Positions 37,597 to 51,026 of a stretch of DNA of 64,000 bases are shown here, in pieces. How positions within the stretch are numbered: the stretch's first letter is position 1; every line of letters starts with the position of its first letter. Made by a program: the position numbers and the translations under genes. The stretch is taken from contig JAPETS010000034.1 of assembly GCA_026023565.1 (NCBI GenBank), positions 62,001 to 126,000 on the forward strand, in the 5' to 3' direction. Below the pieces are notes generated by a model. It saw only the letters and a program-made list of their open reading frames with translations. It was not told the origin of the DNA and made no database searches. This DNA comes from Cirrosporium novae-zelandiae. Lineage: Eukaryota.

Positions 37597-40292
37597 TCAA
37601 GCCAAGGGAATAACAAGTTCAGAGACCCCACTCCCAAGCTGCAACGTATCGTTTCCATCTCTTTGTATCGCCTTATCCCTCCTTATAACTGTATATTTTT
37701 TTATCACCGTCCCCTTTGGCATTTCTAGGGTCCCTTTAGTCCCATTAGGGGCATTAACACTAACAACCAAAGATCCGTTCGTCAATTTCCATCCCACACT
37801 CAGCAACCCCATGGGGGTCGGAACCCTCGCCGTCGCCCAGTCGACCCCGAAGCCTTGATACCCGGGTTTGAAAACCCATTCACTCCACCCACCGTCTAAT
37901 GCATTCGGGCGGAGCCCGGTGATGATTTCTGGCATAATGTAGGTGGGGACGCAACCCCAAGGGTGCGCGAGAGACGTGAACATGGAGAGACCTGGAGTGA
38001 GGTTTGTATTCATGTATTCCCAACCCCCACCGGTATAATACTCAGTTTGGTTGATCATGGCTGTGAATAGGTTGTCAAGGAGGTATTTGATGGGTTCAGT
38101 GGCATTGATCTCGGATAATGCCATCATGAGGTAGCCGTTGGTGTTGGGGCTAATGTGGGTGGAGGAAGCTGAGGCGTTGACGGTCGAGTCCATTTTGAAG
38201 CCAGGTCCGAGTTTTAAGGATGAGAGCTGCGAAAGGCAGGATTCGGCGCGGGTGGAGTTGGCGACGCCGGAGATAATGGAAAAGGCGATGCTAGTTATGG
38301 AGAAGTCGTCTGGGTTTTGTAGGTCCATAGAATAAACACCGAGGTCGGAGTTCCAGAGATGGGTGTTGATACCCTCTGTGAGGTTCGATTAGAGTGGGAG
38401 TTAGAAATATTATGAGAAAAGATTTGGTACCTTTAACTAGCTCGGCGGTGGCACGATATTCGTCAGCGACTTTAGTATCATTTAGAGCGTCCCCAATAGT
38501 TGCGACACCATTCAAAGCTTTAACGAGAGCTGCAGAAATTGCACTGCTATTTGCATTTCCAAGAAATCCTGAGAAGGTTACAAGGTGAGTTGAATCGTCA
38601 ACGTTACTCAATATCCAAGCGATCATTTTCTTGGTAGCTGGCCAGAGACTTCTTGTCGATTCTATGTCACCTGAAAGACGGTAGAAGTCATAATAGCCAA
38701 TCAAGGCGAATATCTGATAGTCTTTAAGGCCATAGCTCCCTGTAGATAAGGCTTCTGTATACTTCGGATCGTAGCCTAGGGAGGGACGGTAACCAAACTG
38801 ACCGTTGCGAATCTGGAAGTCTTTCTGCCACTCATAAGTTCCCCTGATGAAATCCCACCTACCATTGGTAGCTCCTATCACTCTTCCGTTGTGCATGGAA
38901 CTGTCCCCAAGCCAGACGAGTCGGTCTCGTTTCGGACCATCCAGACATACACTTTCAGTATTAGACCGTACACCGTATTCCCCCAAAACCTCCATTGAGG
39001 TCATGCTGTTCTGATAAAATTGAGTGCCGTTTTCGTTGCTTGTAACTAGGACATCCTTGACATAGGCTATCTGATCTTGCCAAGGCCCAAAACCGAAGCT
39101 GCCCGCACCATACACTTTAGATGAGATTGGAGCAGCGTCATCCGCTGTGGCCCAGCAGTAATAATCATCTAGAGACACGTTGAAGGCCTGCACATCATCA
39201 ATCCACACGGATATGTACGGGCTGGAAACAGTGGTACGGATATTGTACCATGTATCTTCCTTGATGAAGAAAGGAGTGTCGAAGGTATCAAGATAAGAAA
39301 CGGGTAAAGTCGATTGATTTACGAAGCTGTAGCCATAGGCCAATAGTATCGAATTCGGAGGAGTCATGGTTTTATTCGTATTCACGAAAGTAGTTTCTTC
39401 AGGAAGTTCACCCACGAGTAATAACTGAATTCCAAAGGCGTTGTAACTTCCCAAAGTCCAACCTGTACCACCTCGAACTATTTTAGTGGTGAAAGTTAAG
39501 GTGTAGTCAGATAGATTAGTCCCTAGTGCAGAAATAGCTGCTCGCTGTCCTCGGATTAGAGCGCCGTCGTCGGTTATTTCGAAAGTAGATGACTGAGTAC
39601 CGGCCTCAACACAGGCCCAATTGACTGAGCGAGCCCCCAATCTCCAGATTTCGTTATAGTCCTCGTTAGAGCATTCGAAATGACCCGGCAGGCTGTCAAC
39701 ATCAATCTGCGATACAATAGATTTGAAGCCAACTTCGCTGAATGCAATACTACCTTCAGTAAGGAGCCTCACCGACTCCCACCTTTGACCTCCCTGAATA
39801 AAATAGGAATCAAAATATCCTGTATTGGTGACGTTGAAAGTCTCCACGCGCCAGGTGTTGGCAAGACCACTGTTGTATGTCCATGGCCCATCTCCCCATG
39901 GATGATTTAAGCCTTCAAACGGTTCGGTATATTTGACTTCTATTTGCACAGGACCTGATCCAAGGGAAGATACCACAAAGTAAGGGTAACCAGCCACATC
40001 TTCTCCATAGTCGAAGGTTGCCAAAGGATGAGAAGCGTTAAGTAATATCTCTCCTGTTGGCTTGGATGTGTCTAGTGATGGGTCTGTACTGATGAAGGCC
40101 CCAACAGGCGTAATGTTTCCAAATCTATTTGCCTGTTTTTGGTGGCTGAACGTTCTGGAGTTAGCATGTTATAACAGGAGAAAGAGAGAGAAACAGAAAA
40201 GCGTACAACTCAGTGATTGGAACCTCTAAAGAAGTCCTAACAAATAAGAGAACCAAGGGCAAAATAGCCTTAGCCAACAGAAGAATAGCCAT
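37597..40292 (-). CDS. Secreted GH78 alpha-L-rhamnosidase-like protein; 2 introns
   Basis: Signal peptide, FDYG...GYP, LDGPKRDRLVWLGD, WEY...SLAHPW, VPTPMG. Confidence 0.87.
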
Positions 40293-41191
40293 GATAGTCG
40301 ACCGTAGGGAAGAAATCTATGCGGCACAGGTTTGTTATATATCCGATCCTTTGGTATGTGCGTCGAGTAACTCATATTCATTGTCCTCGGCTTCTACACC
40401 TACATTATCTGGCGTAGGACCGGGCATTTGCTAAAAAGGATAGATGCCTCATGCGATCAAAGCACCGGAAGGTCGGTAGTATCATGAAGGACCGTAGCAC
40501 CGTTTAATAGCACTGCTGACTCCATAATGACCCAAATAGATAAAATCAACACCGAAATATTAATAGTGTGGAGGATCTTCAATCTATGTTGTCACGTTAT
40601 ATTGTATCTGGCAATCGCTACTCCATAGAATCGGGGTTTCTTCGGAAATCATAGGATTTCAGGTATTTTGTGGAGAGGATGGTTGAGATCTTGGGAAACT
40701 GGCCGTGCGGGGTTGCATGAGCGGAGTATTGTGGGGAAGGAGATATCCTGATTAATCTGATGAGAATTGCCAGCTTGACCTGTTGTGGTGTTGTGGAGTA
40801 TGTACTATCCTGTGGTAGCACGTGGATAGGTACCTACCGCCTATCTGAGGCCCTTAGTCTCGGGACATCTTTGAATCGAACATCCGTACCACAAAACTCT
40901 TTCGAACGTCCACACAAAATACTACACGTACAAATATAAAAACAAACGCACTGCCAAAAATTGAACATCAAAGTACATATCTTGTTATTTTGTGAAAATC
41001 TACTTGTGAATACGTATGCCTTAAAGAGCAACAAGGCATGTACTATCACTCTTAGAAAATAATGAATTTGTAGCATCTACTTCCTCCCACCATAGTCAAT
41101 CCGCATACCTTCATTTAAAAGTCATACGCACCGTTGTGTACAATGTGCTTTTAGTTCCCTTAGGATACTTGTCATTAAAGCTTGCATAGCT

Positions 41192-43250
41192 CTAATGTTC
41201 CAGCATCCGGAAGGAACCTTGGCACACAACATTTTCAAGGACAGACCCTAAACTTAGTGTTAGCAATTCATTATTCATCATCCAAGTAGAGCGGATCTTA
41301 CCAGGTGGAATATCAATGGTGCTGCCTTCCGTTGCGACAATAATGACGGTTCCTTTCAACTGTACACCCCTGCCAAGATTGACGGCGCCGGTAATGGTAA
41401 GATGATCCAATTCAAGGATCTTTGGAATACTAGGAACACGCTTTTGGAAGTCGCTGACTTTCTTGAAATCGGTTCCAAGCTTGATCAAAGGTGCGGGTCC
41501 AAATCGGCTAGGGTCTATTACTAGTTGTCCATGCTTCAAAGTATACAGATCCGACTTGACAAGCATAAGGTCAGAGGTAGTTTTAACAGGCAAGAAACGG
41601 CGTCGAGGAACGTTGACACCATGTGCATTCCTGAAATGCCGAATGGCAGCACCAACAGCAGTTTCGAGTTGAATGATAGAGAGATCGGATTCACCCTTTT
41701 TATCACCAGGGATATTCTTGTTGTTGGGGATAATCTCCATCTCCAATTCGCTATTCTCCACAACACGTTTAATTGCCTTGAGGTTCAGCCAAATGTTGTT
41801 GGTGTTGAAGTACTTGAACTTCTTGATGGACTTGAATTCATTGACATGCTCCTTTGGCACTTGAGCAATTTCGAGCAAGCGTACCTTGCCTTCATAGTCG
41901 ATGATAGTACCACCCTTGACATCCGCCTTGGTCTTGTCTGTCAATTCCATGATATATTCGGCGTTTGACTCAACCATGTGCTGCAAGATACGGAGATCCA
42001 CAACAGCTCCAAGGTTGTCCGCGTTGGACAAAAAGATGTTTTCAATACCTCGCTTCATGAGCTCATCCAAGATACCAGAGTTGTAGAGGGATTCGAAGAC
42101 GTCACCGTGACCTGGAGGGTACCAGTCGGAGATTTGAGAGTCGTAGGTCTTGGGAGCTGGCAGAAGGGAATCTTTCAATACACGGGGATATCGCGATTGG
42201 TTGAAGGTAAGAATATCAATATTGTGGCCCTCGTACTTCTTAATGATACTCTGGGTATCATCATCGGTATTAAATGAGTTCATGAGGACGAAGGGAACGT
42301 TGACACCATATGTTCGGTTGAGATATTCGATCTGACGGACTGAAAGGTCGAGGAAGGACATGCCATCACGGACTTCGATGACAGACTTGGGTCCAACACA
42401 ACCCATAGAGGTACCAAGACCACCATTGAGCTTGATCACTGCCAGCTTGTTCAAATATTCAACCGACTCGCTGTTTGGTAAGCTGTTGTAATCAACGACC
42501 TGCTCTGGCTCAGGTGGGTTGATCTTGTCCCAGTTGACCATATTACCCTTGGCCTTGTCATTGAGGTATCTCCGGAAAAGGGCAAAAAAGTTGTCCATTT
42601 CAGCCTCGAACCGCTTCTTCGTGGCGGCGTCCTTGACAGTATCCGCAAGGGTGTTCAAGGCATTTCGCATTTGGCTAGCAGCTACAGAGGTAGAGGTGTT
42701 TTCAAACGCCTGAGTAGAATCAAGAGGTTCACCCATTAGCTCATCAATACTAGGAATATCTGATTCGGGATACAAAACCATGGAAAGACTAAAAGGGGAC
42801 ATGATTGCCTTGAGAGCTTTAGGGATAGACATGATGGGATATGTGTAAAATCCCGAGGTTTGATATGCTAAGGGTTGAGCAATTGGAGACAGTAATGTCC
42901 GAAAAGAACACTACATATCCTTGCTATTGCTATAGTTTCACAAGGCAGGAACATATGAGCTCATTTTAAGCATGCACTTTGATGGAAACTTGATGATGGA
43001 TAGTGATTTCCAGTCAGGAAGGGAAGTCATAGCGTCTCAGAATTGTCTCAGCCGGAGGGTTTTTGCCTAAGAGCCAGGCAATCTCTCCGGAGGTATCAAA
43101 TTAAACCACATTTTAGATAATTCTCAGTTCACTTACCACATGAGATTGTGTTTTTCCATGATGCTTTCTTGCAAACTCCTGTTCTTCCCCACTTTGAAAG
43201 CTACCAGGCTTCAGGTGTGAAGGTAGGGCACTACTAAGCTTCGAAGCCAT
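41192..43250 (-). CDS. UGP1: UTP-glucose-1-phosphate uridylyltransferase; exon 1 43250-43137, intron 43136-42710, last intron 41301-41248
   Basis: [33 protein letters not shown]. Upstream exon MASKLSS...[15 protein letters not shown] splices in frame to AFENTSTS. Confidence 0.96.
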
Positions 43251-46200
43251 TATGAAGGATGTTTTCGATTCAATATGCTAGAAAGATGAGGCGTAGGCTT
43301 CCTAATGTAGATACAATGTTAGCAATTGTTTGTCAATAGTGAGTGAAAAACAGGACTTGAAACTCTGGCTATGCAATGCCATCCAATAGTCGTTGGAGGG
43401 GTCGATTGTCTTGGCATGCAATTGCACACCAAGCATTGGACAATGCTCCGCGATTAAATGCTCCTCCAAAGCGCCAAAAGCTACGGGAGATGCCTGAATG
43501 ACATTGGAACAACCAATTTGATATATCAAGGCGATAGGGCATGGACTCAAGAGGGGAAGCTGAGAGTTTGTTCACTTACAAGGAATCCTAGTCCCGTCTC
43601 TGATGGATACGGTCGTTGACAAGTCGGAACGATCCAAGTCAAGTCTCGGGAGAAAGGGAGGAATGATGGAGAAAGAGGTGCTTTTGAGGGAAAGGAGAAT
43701 TGAGGAAGAAAGGAAATAAAATTGTCGTCAAGGAAGCAGATAGTTGAGGACAGCAGCTGTCTTTCTATTTGAGAGCTTTGGAACTTGGGATGATGCCAAG
43801 AAATACTAAGACCGGTCAGACATAGGAGATCTTACTTAGAGAGTAGCTAGACTCTGAAAGATTACACTTGATCCGTATGGGGGCCCGATACACGTTATGG
43901 CAGCAAAGAAGTTTAACGCACACTTTTCCTCATCAGATTTCAGGATTGGGCTTCAGGAGGCCCGAGAATTCTGAAAGGCTGGTTCAAGCTCTTTGCCCGC
44001 TGTCCATCTCCCGTGTTGGCATGTCTTTGCATCTCAACTATCATTGGTTAAGTCTCTTAATATTCAATAATTACCAGTATGCAAGATACCGTATTTGTGT
44101 ATCAGAACTAGCGATAAGGTAATAAGGTAGTAAATTATACTTTTCAAAAAAAGACTACAGTTCAATAATACCGTCCTTCCATGGCGACCTTGTTTGCTAA
44201 CTATATGCATATTCCTCCCTTTTCTATTTCTTTCTTTCTTTTCCACCAAGCCACCATCATCTTTAAGGAAACCACATGGCTAGAAGCTGACTGTCTGACC
44301 CTCCTGTGTAAGATCAAGCCCATCGTCAAAGGATAACCCATGGTATTCAAGATTCTCAGCTCGTGGGTAAAGTTAAGCTGAACCTGTATTGAATCCGCAC
44401 ATCTGTATGTGTGGGGTCCACATTTCTATTTCTAGTGTGAAATGAGTTTGTGGCGGTGATGATAGAACAACCCCCTATTTCCCAGCTGAGTTGTGGACAC
44501 CTAAACAACACGATTGGGAAACCAATCGTCTTCCAGAAAACACGTAAATACTACCAATTTGTTGTACAGCCTAACTTACACCATCTAGAACAGCATGACA
44601 ATATTCCATACTGCCATGTGGAAAACGGCAAGAGTATTTGTCTCAACATTGACACTTGGCCTAAGACATAAAATCCGCAGATGGGGAGAAATATATAGGT
44701 AAATCACTCTACCTGATCAAACTAAATGACCCAAGTATTGACTTATTTCTCTCTCCGAACTTGGAGGCACTAGGAAATTGATTTTCTCGGCCGTTACTCG
44801 CACAATCCAACTTATAGCCACACCCCGAATTCACAACCAATAGTCTAGCCAACCACGCCAACGTGCCATCTAAGCACACACCTACATGCTAGCTATTAAA
44901 TCGACACCATATTTCTCTATTTATTGACCGACAATGAGGTCGCCTTGCAGTAATTATGTCAACAATATGCTTCAAAATATTCACCCAAGAGAGTAGAAGG
45001 TGAACGTGTTGGGTGGAAGACTTGGGAAATTTTTCTTCAAAACCATTGTCATTCCCCTCCCTTGAGTTTTTTCTTTCCATATTCTTATCAATTTTCCACG
45101 AGGCACGAAACCCAAGTGCAACACCCCTCGAGAGTGGTATATAGTAAGTGTGTGCTTTCTTCTATCTTCTATTATAACAACTAGTCCTTTCTTCTTTGTG
45201 CTATCTCAAAAGCTTGCCATTTTCTCTATCTGTCATCTTGTTCTTATCCTGTAAGCATGCCTTTAGCGATGGTTGTATATTCTATGAGCTACTATGGATT
45301 GTCTACTTGCTTTACTATTATGGAAGTTTTCTACGCTATAGACATTGTTTACTCTACCGTTGTGCTAGTCCTGCTGTTTCTTTGAAGCAGAACCTACCTT
45401 ATTCGCATGCTCTCGCCTTGCTAGACCATACGTTTCTACTTTTGTTGCTCATATATAACCTTGATTCTAACCCAAATGGCTATGGCTGTATCCAAAGTGA
45501 CAGTCTTAGCCATAGACTCCTTGCACGCATGAAGGAAATTAAAGTATGTGATATATTCCTTTTGATCTATTGTTAAGCATGATTACTTGATACTTGATTT
45601 GAATTTAAAAACGATCTCACTGCCCCAAGTATATTCCTGGGCCTCTATGTCGCATTCAGGCTTTATGATCCATGTGGCATCTCATATGACTACTTATGTA
45701 TGCACAACAACCACCCTCAGATAGGGAAGAGAGACGCCAAGGTTTTTTTGTGGAAGAATCAGTACTACCGTTTATCCCTTACTATCATGGTCCTCGGCCT
45801 CCCCTCTAACCCGCAAAGTCCATGGCTGTCTTAATATGTTTTTATCCAATCATTCCCTATTTGATATACTTATATATAAATAGCTCGCGGAAACGCACAA
45901 GAAAATTTCTGATAAAAAGCTAGAGATCATTCATCCTAAAGAGAAATTATCACGCCTCCAAACGCAGGTAGATGTGTAGTCTTTATTTATATTTGCTGAA
46001 GCCACGCGTGTCTCATTGTTCTACCTTCTTGTGATTCGAAAGTCATCGCCTCAAATAAATAGTTGGTCAATGACCATCTGAACTACTAACTGAAACCCCG
46101 AAACGTAATACGGTATCCACCATCCGCCGAGGCCCTTAGATGGGATCTCTAAAATGAGTCCCTTTCTAAGTCAAATAATTATATCACTTTCATCCATAAA

Positions 46201-48556
46201 GAATTATCATTATCATTATAATTACACTATTCGGCTTTTATAAATAATTCAATGACGCGGCTGCCACCGAAGGATGCTATCTCAGGCGATAGGGCTATGG
46301 TCCCGGTGGTCTTCGCCTTGATGTCAGCAACTCAAAAATCTCATTAACCATCATTTTTCGATGAAAGTGAACATATTTACATATTTACAGTCTTCCACTT
46401 CAGATCTTGCCCGCTTGCCCAATGGACTTGCATTTCTTGGGCTGTTATATGATTGGTGAGCTTACCATATGCAAACTAATCAACCACCAGGGACACTACC
46501 CAAGGGGCCAAGGAGGAAGATAGATACTCAATGATATTAACCCCACCAGCTTCATGACATATGTCCACAATCATTTGGGCTTGATCGCGTTTTACTCGCC
46601 CAGTCTTCCTCATAGCAGGCTCCTGACATATACCACCAACCTAGACATTCCTGTCTTAACCAATTTCTTGACCAATTCCTCCGTCTTCTCTGGGCGATCT
46701 ATAATCCATGAACAACAAATGAACCTCCCAAGAAGAAAAGAGGATACTCATAAAGTGGGAAATCCCCTAAATAATACTTCCGACATTTATAACTTCTCAT
46801 CTACCATTTTTAGGAATTTACCTCCTCACTTATCTACTCATCTTACCAATATAATATATTTATACTTTCTCCGAGCCATCATCTCCAACCAAATAATCTT
46901 GTCCGTCAAATCATCCCAGCTACCAATACCATTTCTACTGCCTACAAGTCCCAATGCATTTGAAAAACAAGTCAGAGGATAGCTCAACTAATCATATCTC
47001 TACCCATTCCTTCCTCCTTAGCTTCTTTATTCAATCTCGAGAAATCCGAAATAATTCATTCTCACTGCTATACAAATACTCTTCTCTGTTTCTCACCGAT
47101 GGTCCGTCCGATCACAAATATACACAGATATTTAACATAATAATTATAGTCCGCCTAAACAAGGAAGCATAACCAGCTACTCAACCAGAAGAGGATGACA
47201 ATAAAATGAAGTGGTCGTAGCTACAATGCGACTAGGGTTCGATGATGAAAAACGTCTCCCTCGTTAAAATTGAATTCGAAGAAACGCATCAAAAAGAGGG
47301 TATAAACTAATAGGACGTTCGAAGATCCAAATGACATCTCGATCAAACACGACAAAAAGGATACAAAACACACAATCTCATTGAAGCCCTTTCCTTAATA
47401 GCTTCCAGTTTTGCAGATATTCGCAGTCATGTAGAACTCCTTGAAATTTTTTTCCTCTCGACAATCAACACGAGAAAATGGCATCTCAAAAAAATGCCAC
47501 TCTCGCAAGGTTGGTTGGTTAGACAAAAAGCGAAAAGCACAAACAGGGTATCTGTTCTCTTCATGGAAAACTCCTTTCAGAAAGGGAATGGCTGGTTGAT
47601 TCGGTTTGAGTTTAATTATCGGTTTTGCAAACAAGTTCGCGAAAGTGAATGGTAAAAGTGAATTTTTTGACCCCCGGGAGGAGAGCATATAGGTCTCGTA
47701 AGAATCCGCAGAATTCTCCATGTTCGCTTCTCTGTGGCACACACGGGGGTCGTGAGTTACGTGAGTATACCCTTCCTTTCCCCCTCTCTTTACGAACAAG
47801 TTAGTGTGTGGTTTACAGACAAATTCAAAATGGCAGCTAAACATGTAATGGCGTCACCTTTATTATTCTTATTCTACCTTAGTTTACTTACTACATTATT
47901 TCCTTGTAAGTATATATGGGTTTGCGAATATATGTGTCTCTGCAAAAGCTAATCTAGTGAATAGAATATAAACATGAACCAACAAATTCTCTACAACACA
48001 CAACCCCCTTTTGGCGAGCCTGCTGCTGCTCACCAGCTGCTCCCAACCCAACAACCGCGTCCATAAAAACCCTCGGTACTAGTACCAGCAACAGTAGCAA
48101 CAACTCTACTAACCATCGTTCTAGTTCCTGGGGCCTTCTCCTGAAGAGCGAGCGCTGTGGCCCAGCTATGAGAGAGAAATACCAAATAGAGTTGATGTGA
48201 ACCATCCACAACTCATCCTCTATCATCCCCTAAAATCCTTACCATCATGTTCTGTTTATTAACTATTAGAACATACTCGATAACTAGGGTTTTAACAGAT
48301 TATTCATGTCATCCAAACGAGACGAACCGAGATCCTTCTTCTACATTCTATATATGCATGCATGCTAGTACATACGAGTAAAGTGTATGACCTTAGGGGA
48401 GTCCTAACAGCTTTTGGCTTGGTTTGTGTTACCGTGTACAGATCCTTCCACTAGATATATCACAGGAGGAATATTTAACTTTCTTATATCTATGCACACA
48501 TCCACATATCCTTTATTGCATGGATTTTCTAAACGAAGGGGGCGGGGGGCGGTAAA

Positions 48557-49164
48557 ATGATCGACGATGGGAGCATCTATGGGGTCCGTCCGTCTGTCCG
48601 TCCAGTAGTAAGCTTTTATTATTATTATTATTATTATCGATTTCAAATATTGAATATCACTACCTATTCTATATGATATATCTTCGACAATTTGGGGTTT
48701 TCCCAGAATCAGGATAATGAGCAGCTCTCTTGTTTTCCCTTACTGTCACCACGCTACTACCACTACCAGTACTACTACAGTGCTACAGTACACACAAAAC
48801 TAAAGCATTTAAAAGAAAGAGAAGTGTTACCTAGATACCTAAAATATTGTCTTTTTATTTTTTTTTAAAATTCTTAGCAAACTTATATATGGTTGACGAT
48901 GGGAGCATCTATGGGGTCCCGGGTCCGTTCGTCCGCCCAGTAATAAGCTTTTATTTATTATTATTATTATTATCGATTTTAAAAATATCAAATATCATCC
49001 TTTCTACTACATATGTTACAATGGTCTCTCTGCCAATTCGAGTTTTTTTTTAGGATCAGAATCAGGATATGAGGAGCTCTTCTTGTTTCTCTTATCACTA
49101 CACAACCACTACAGGTCAGTACACACAAAACCAAGCATTCAGGGAAAATACGTTGCCTAGATAT
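48557..49164. repeat. Diverged tandem duplication, unit about 280 bp, period about 332 bp
   Basis: gacgatgggagcatctatggggtcc, aagcttttatt(att)n, cagaatcaggata, cagtacacacaaaac and cctagata each occur twice in the same order. Confidence 0.88.
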
Positions 49165-50343
49165 CATATCATTTTCCTTTAAGTTTTCTATACTTCCCTT
49201 CCCTACTCGTTACAACTTAATCAATCAGCAATCAACAACTAACAACTTATCTATTAAGAACGGAGCCTCCTGTTTTAGGGGCTGGCTCCTGGGCTCCTGG
49301 GACTGGGATTGGGACTGCTCACAACCTCCGCCACTAAGCAACGGGCAAGTGGGATTAAGTTGTTTTTTTGTTTAGAAGTTTTATTCTTCATTTTCTTCGT
49401 CTGTTGGGTTTGGATTTGGATTTGAATTATATACATACATCTAGATATCCATAAAAACCATGCGTCTATTTTGATCGTGCCCGTGGGGAATGCGCATGTT
49501 CTGACTCCTGAGCTTTGGGAATGACCTATCTAATGCACGTTAAGATAACTCGAGAAGCTAGTGACAGTTTCAAGGTACCAGTACTACAATGCATTCTTTT
49601 ATATTAATTAACACCCGGATCAAGAACCAGAGAACCAACTTGGTGGAAAGAAAATGAATGGAGATTCCCTGCCGAACAGGCTGCTTGCGGTATCATCCAT
49701 CATCATCGCAGTCACTACTATAATTAATAGTAAATCAATTATAGCCCATCCTATATCTCAAAATACCCCCCCCCCCCCCTCCTCCTCCTAATATCTTCCT
49801 CTCTTCATCTAGTTCTTCAGCGCAAGAAAGCAAAACCCTATACTTTTTCCTTGTGGGGGAGTGCTGGAGAAAGATTTGTCGATCAAGCATTTTTATTAAG
49901 AAAAAAACCCCCCCTTTGAAGCTTTCGAAATTTGTTTCTGATATATGCTGTTTGTTTGTGTTTGGTATTTGGTTTATTTTTAGCGGGTCTGGTGTTTTAT
50001 ATGATTGATATGTGATGGTTGATTTGTGATTTGAGATACATACATACATACAGGGGAAAGGAATACGTAAAAGTGGGCGTGGAGCTCCAGATAGGTGTCT
50101 AGCGTGGAAAAGGAAGTGTGATTGTGGTGCTGGTATTGGTTCTTGGTTGCGTGGTGCTAGTAGTATTGGACTCGCGTGAGACAAGACAAGAGAGACTATA
50201 GCTATGTTTATGTTTATATTTTCTATGTTTTGTTTCTCTGTTTTTGTCGTGGATATTGGTAGGGGCAATGATGGTGATGCTGCTTCCCTTATTCTTGTCG
50301 TCGCCACGACGAACGGTCACAAGAAGTTACATATGAAATACTG

Positions 50344-50553
50344 GTGACGAATGACTGGCTCAAGTTGAGGATTGGGGGCCGGGAGCTGCAACGGTCGATT
50401 CATGATGTGCACCAGTTAGGAGTGAAACATGAGGATCTACGCAGGCTGAATATGTTATGGAATCCGGAGCTGGGTGATTGGATTGGGAGTAAGATTCTCT
50501 TGCTTAAATGTGTGATCTGTGTTATGTGGACGAGAAGAGGGGTATTGAATTGA
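50344..50553 (+). pseudogene. Remnant of a protein-kinase-like catalytic loop
   Basis: IHDVHQLGVKHEDLRRLNMLWN fits the H-x-x-G-V-x-H-x-D-L-x-x-x-N catalytic-loop pattern; no DFG or N-lobe visible. Confidence 0.55.
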
Positions 50554-51026
50554 AGTAGAGCATTGCTATTTTTATTTTCTTTTCCTTGTGCGGTTTATAG
50601 GATAGTTAGATAGTGCTTTGGTGGTAGAAGGATTTCTATACGGAATAATATAACATGAATATTTCTTCTAGGAGGCTAGGTAGTGGATATATAGACAGTT
50701 GTATAAATACACATCATGACTTACGCTCCAGTAATTTCGTTCCGTGCATACATGCATACATACGGTATTTGTTTATTTGTTTATTTATTTTGTTTGTTGT
50801 TGTTGATGGGGCGAACATTTCCTTCTTTCTTTTTTCCTTATCGTGTTCGTGTTCGCTTTCGTCTTCGTTTTTTGGCTTTGACATACCCTTGATTAAATTT
50901 GACTTCGCATCCTTATTCATAGCTCCTCCCTCCTTCTTTCCTATCTTCTTTTGCAATCTATAACCAACAAACCTCAGCGGATATCGTACGGTGTTCCTTC
51001 ATGTGCGGTATGTTCGTTCCCCTTAA

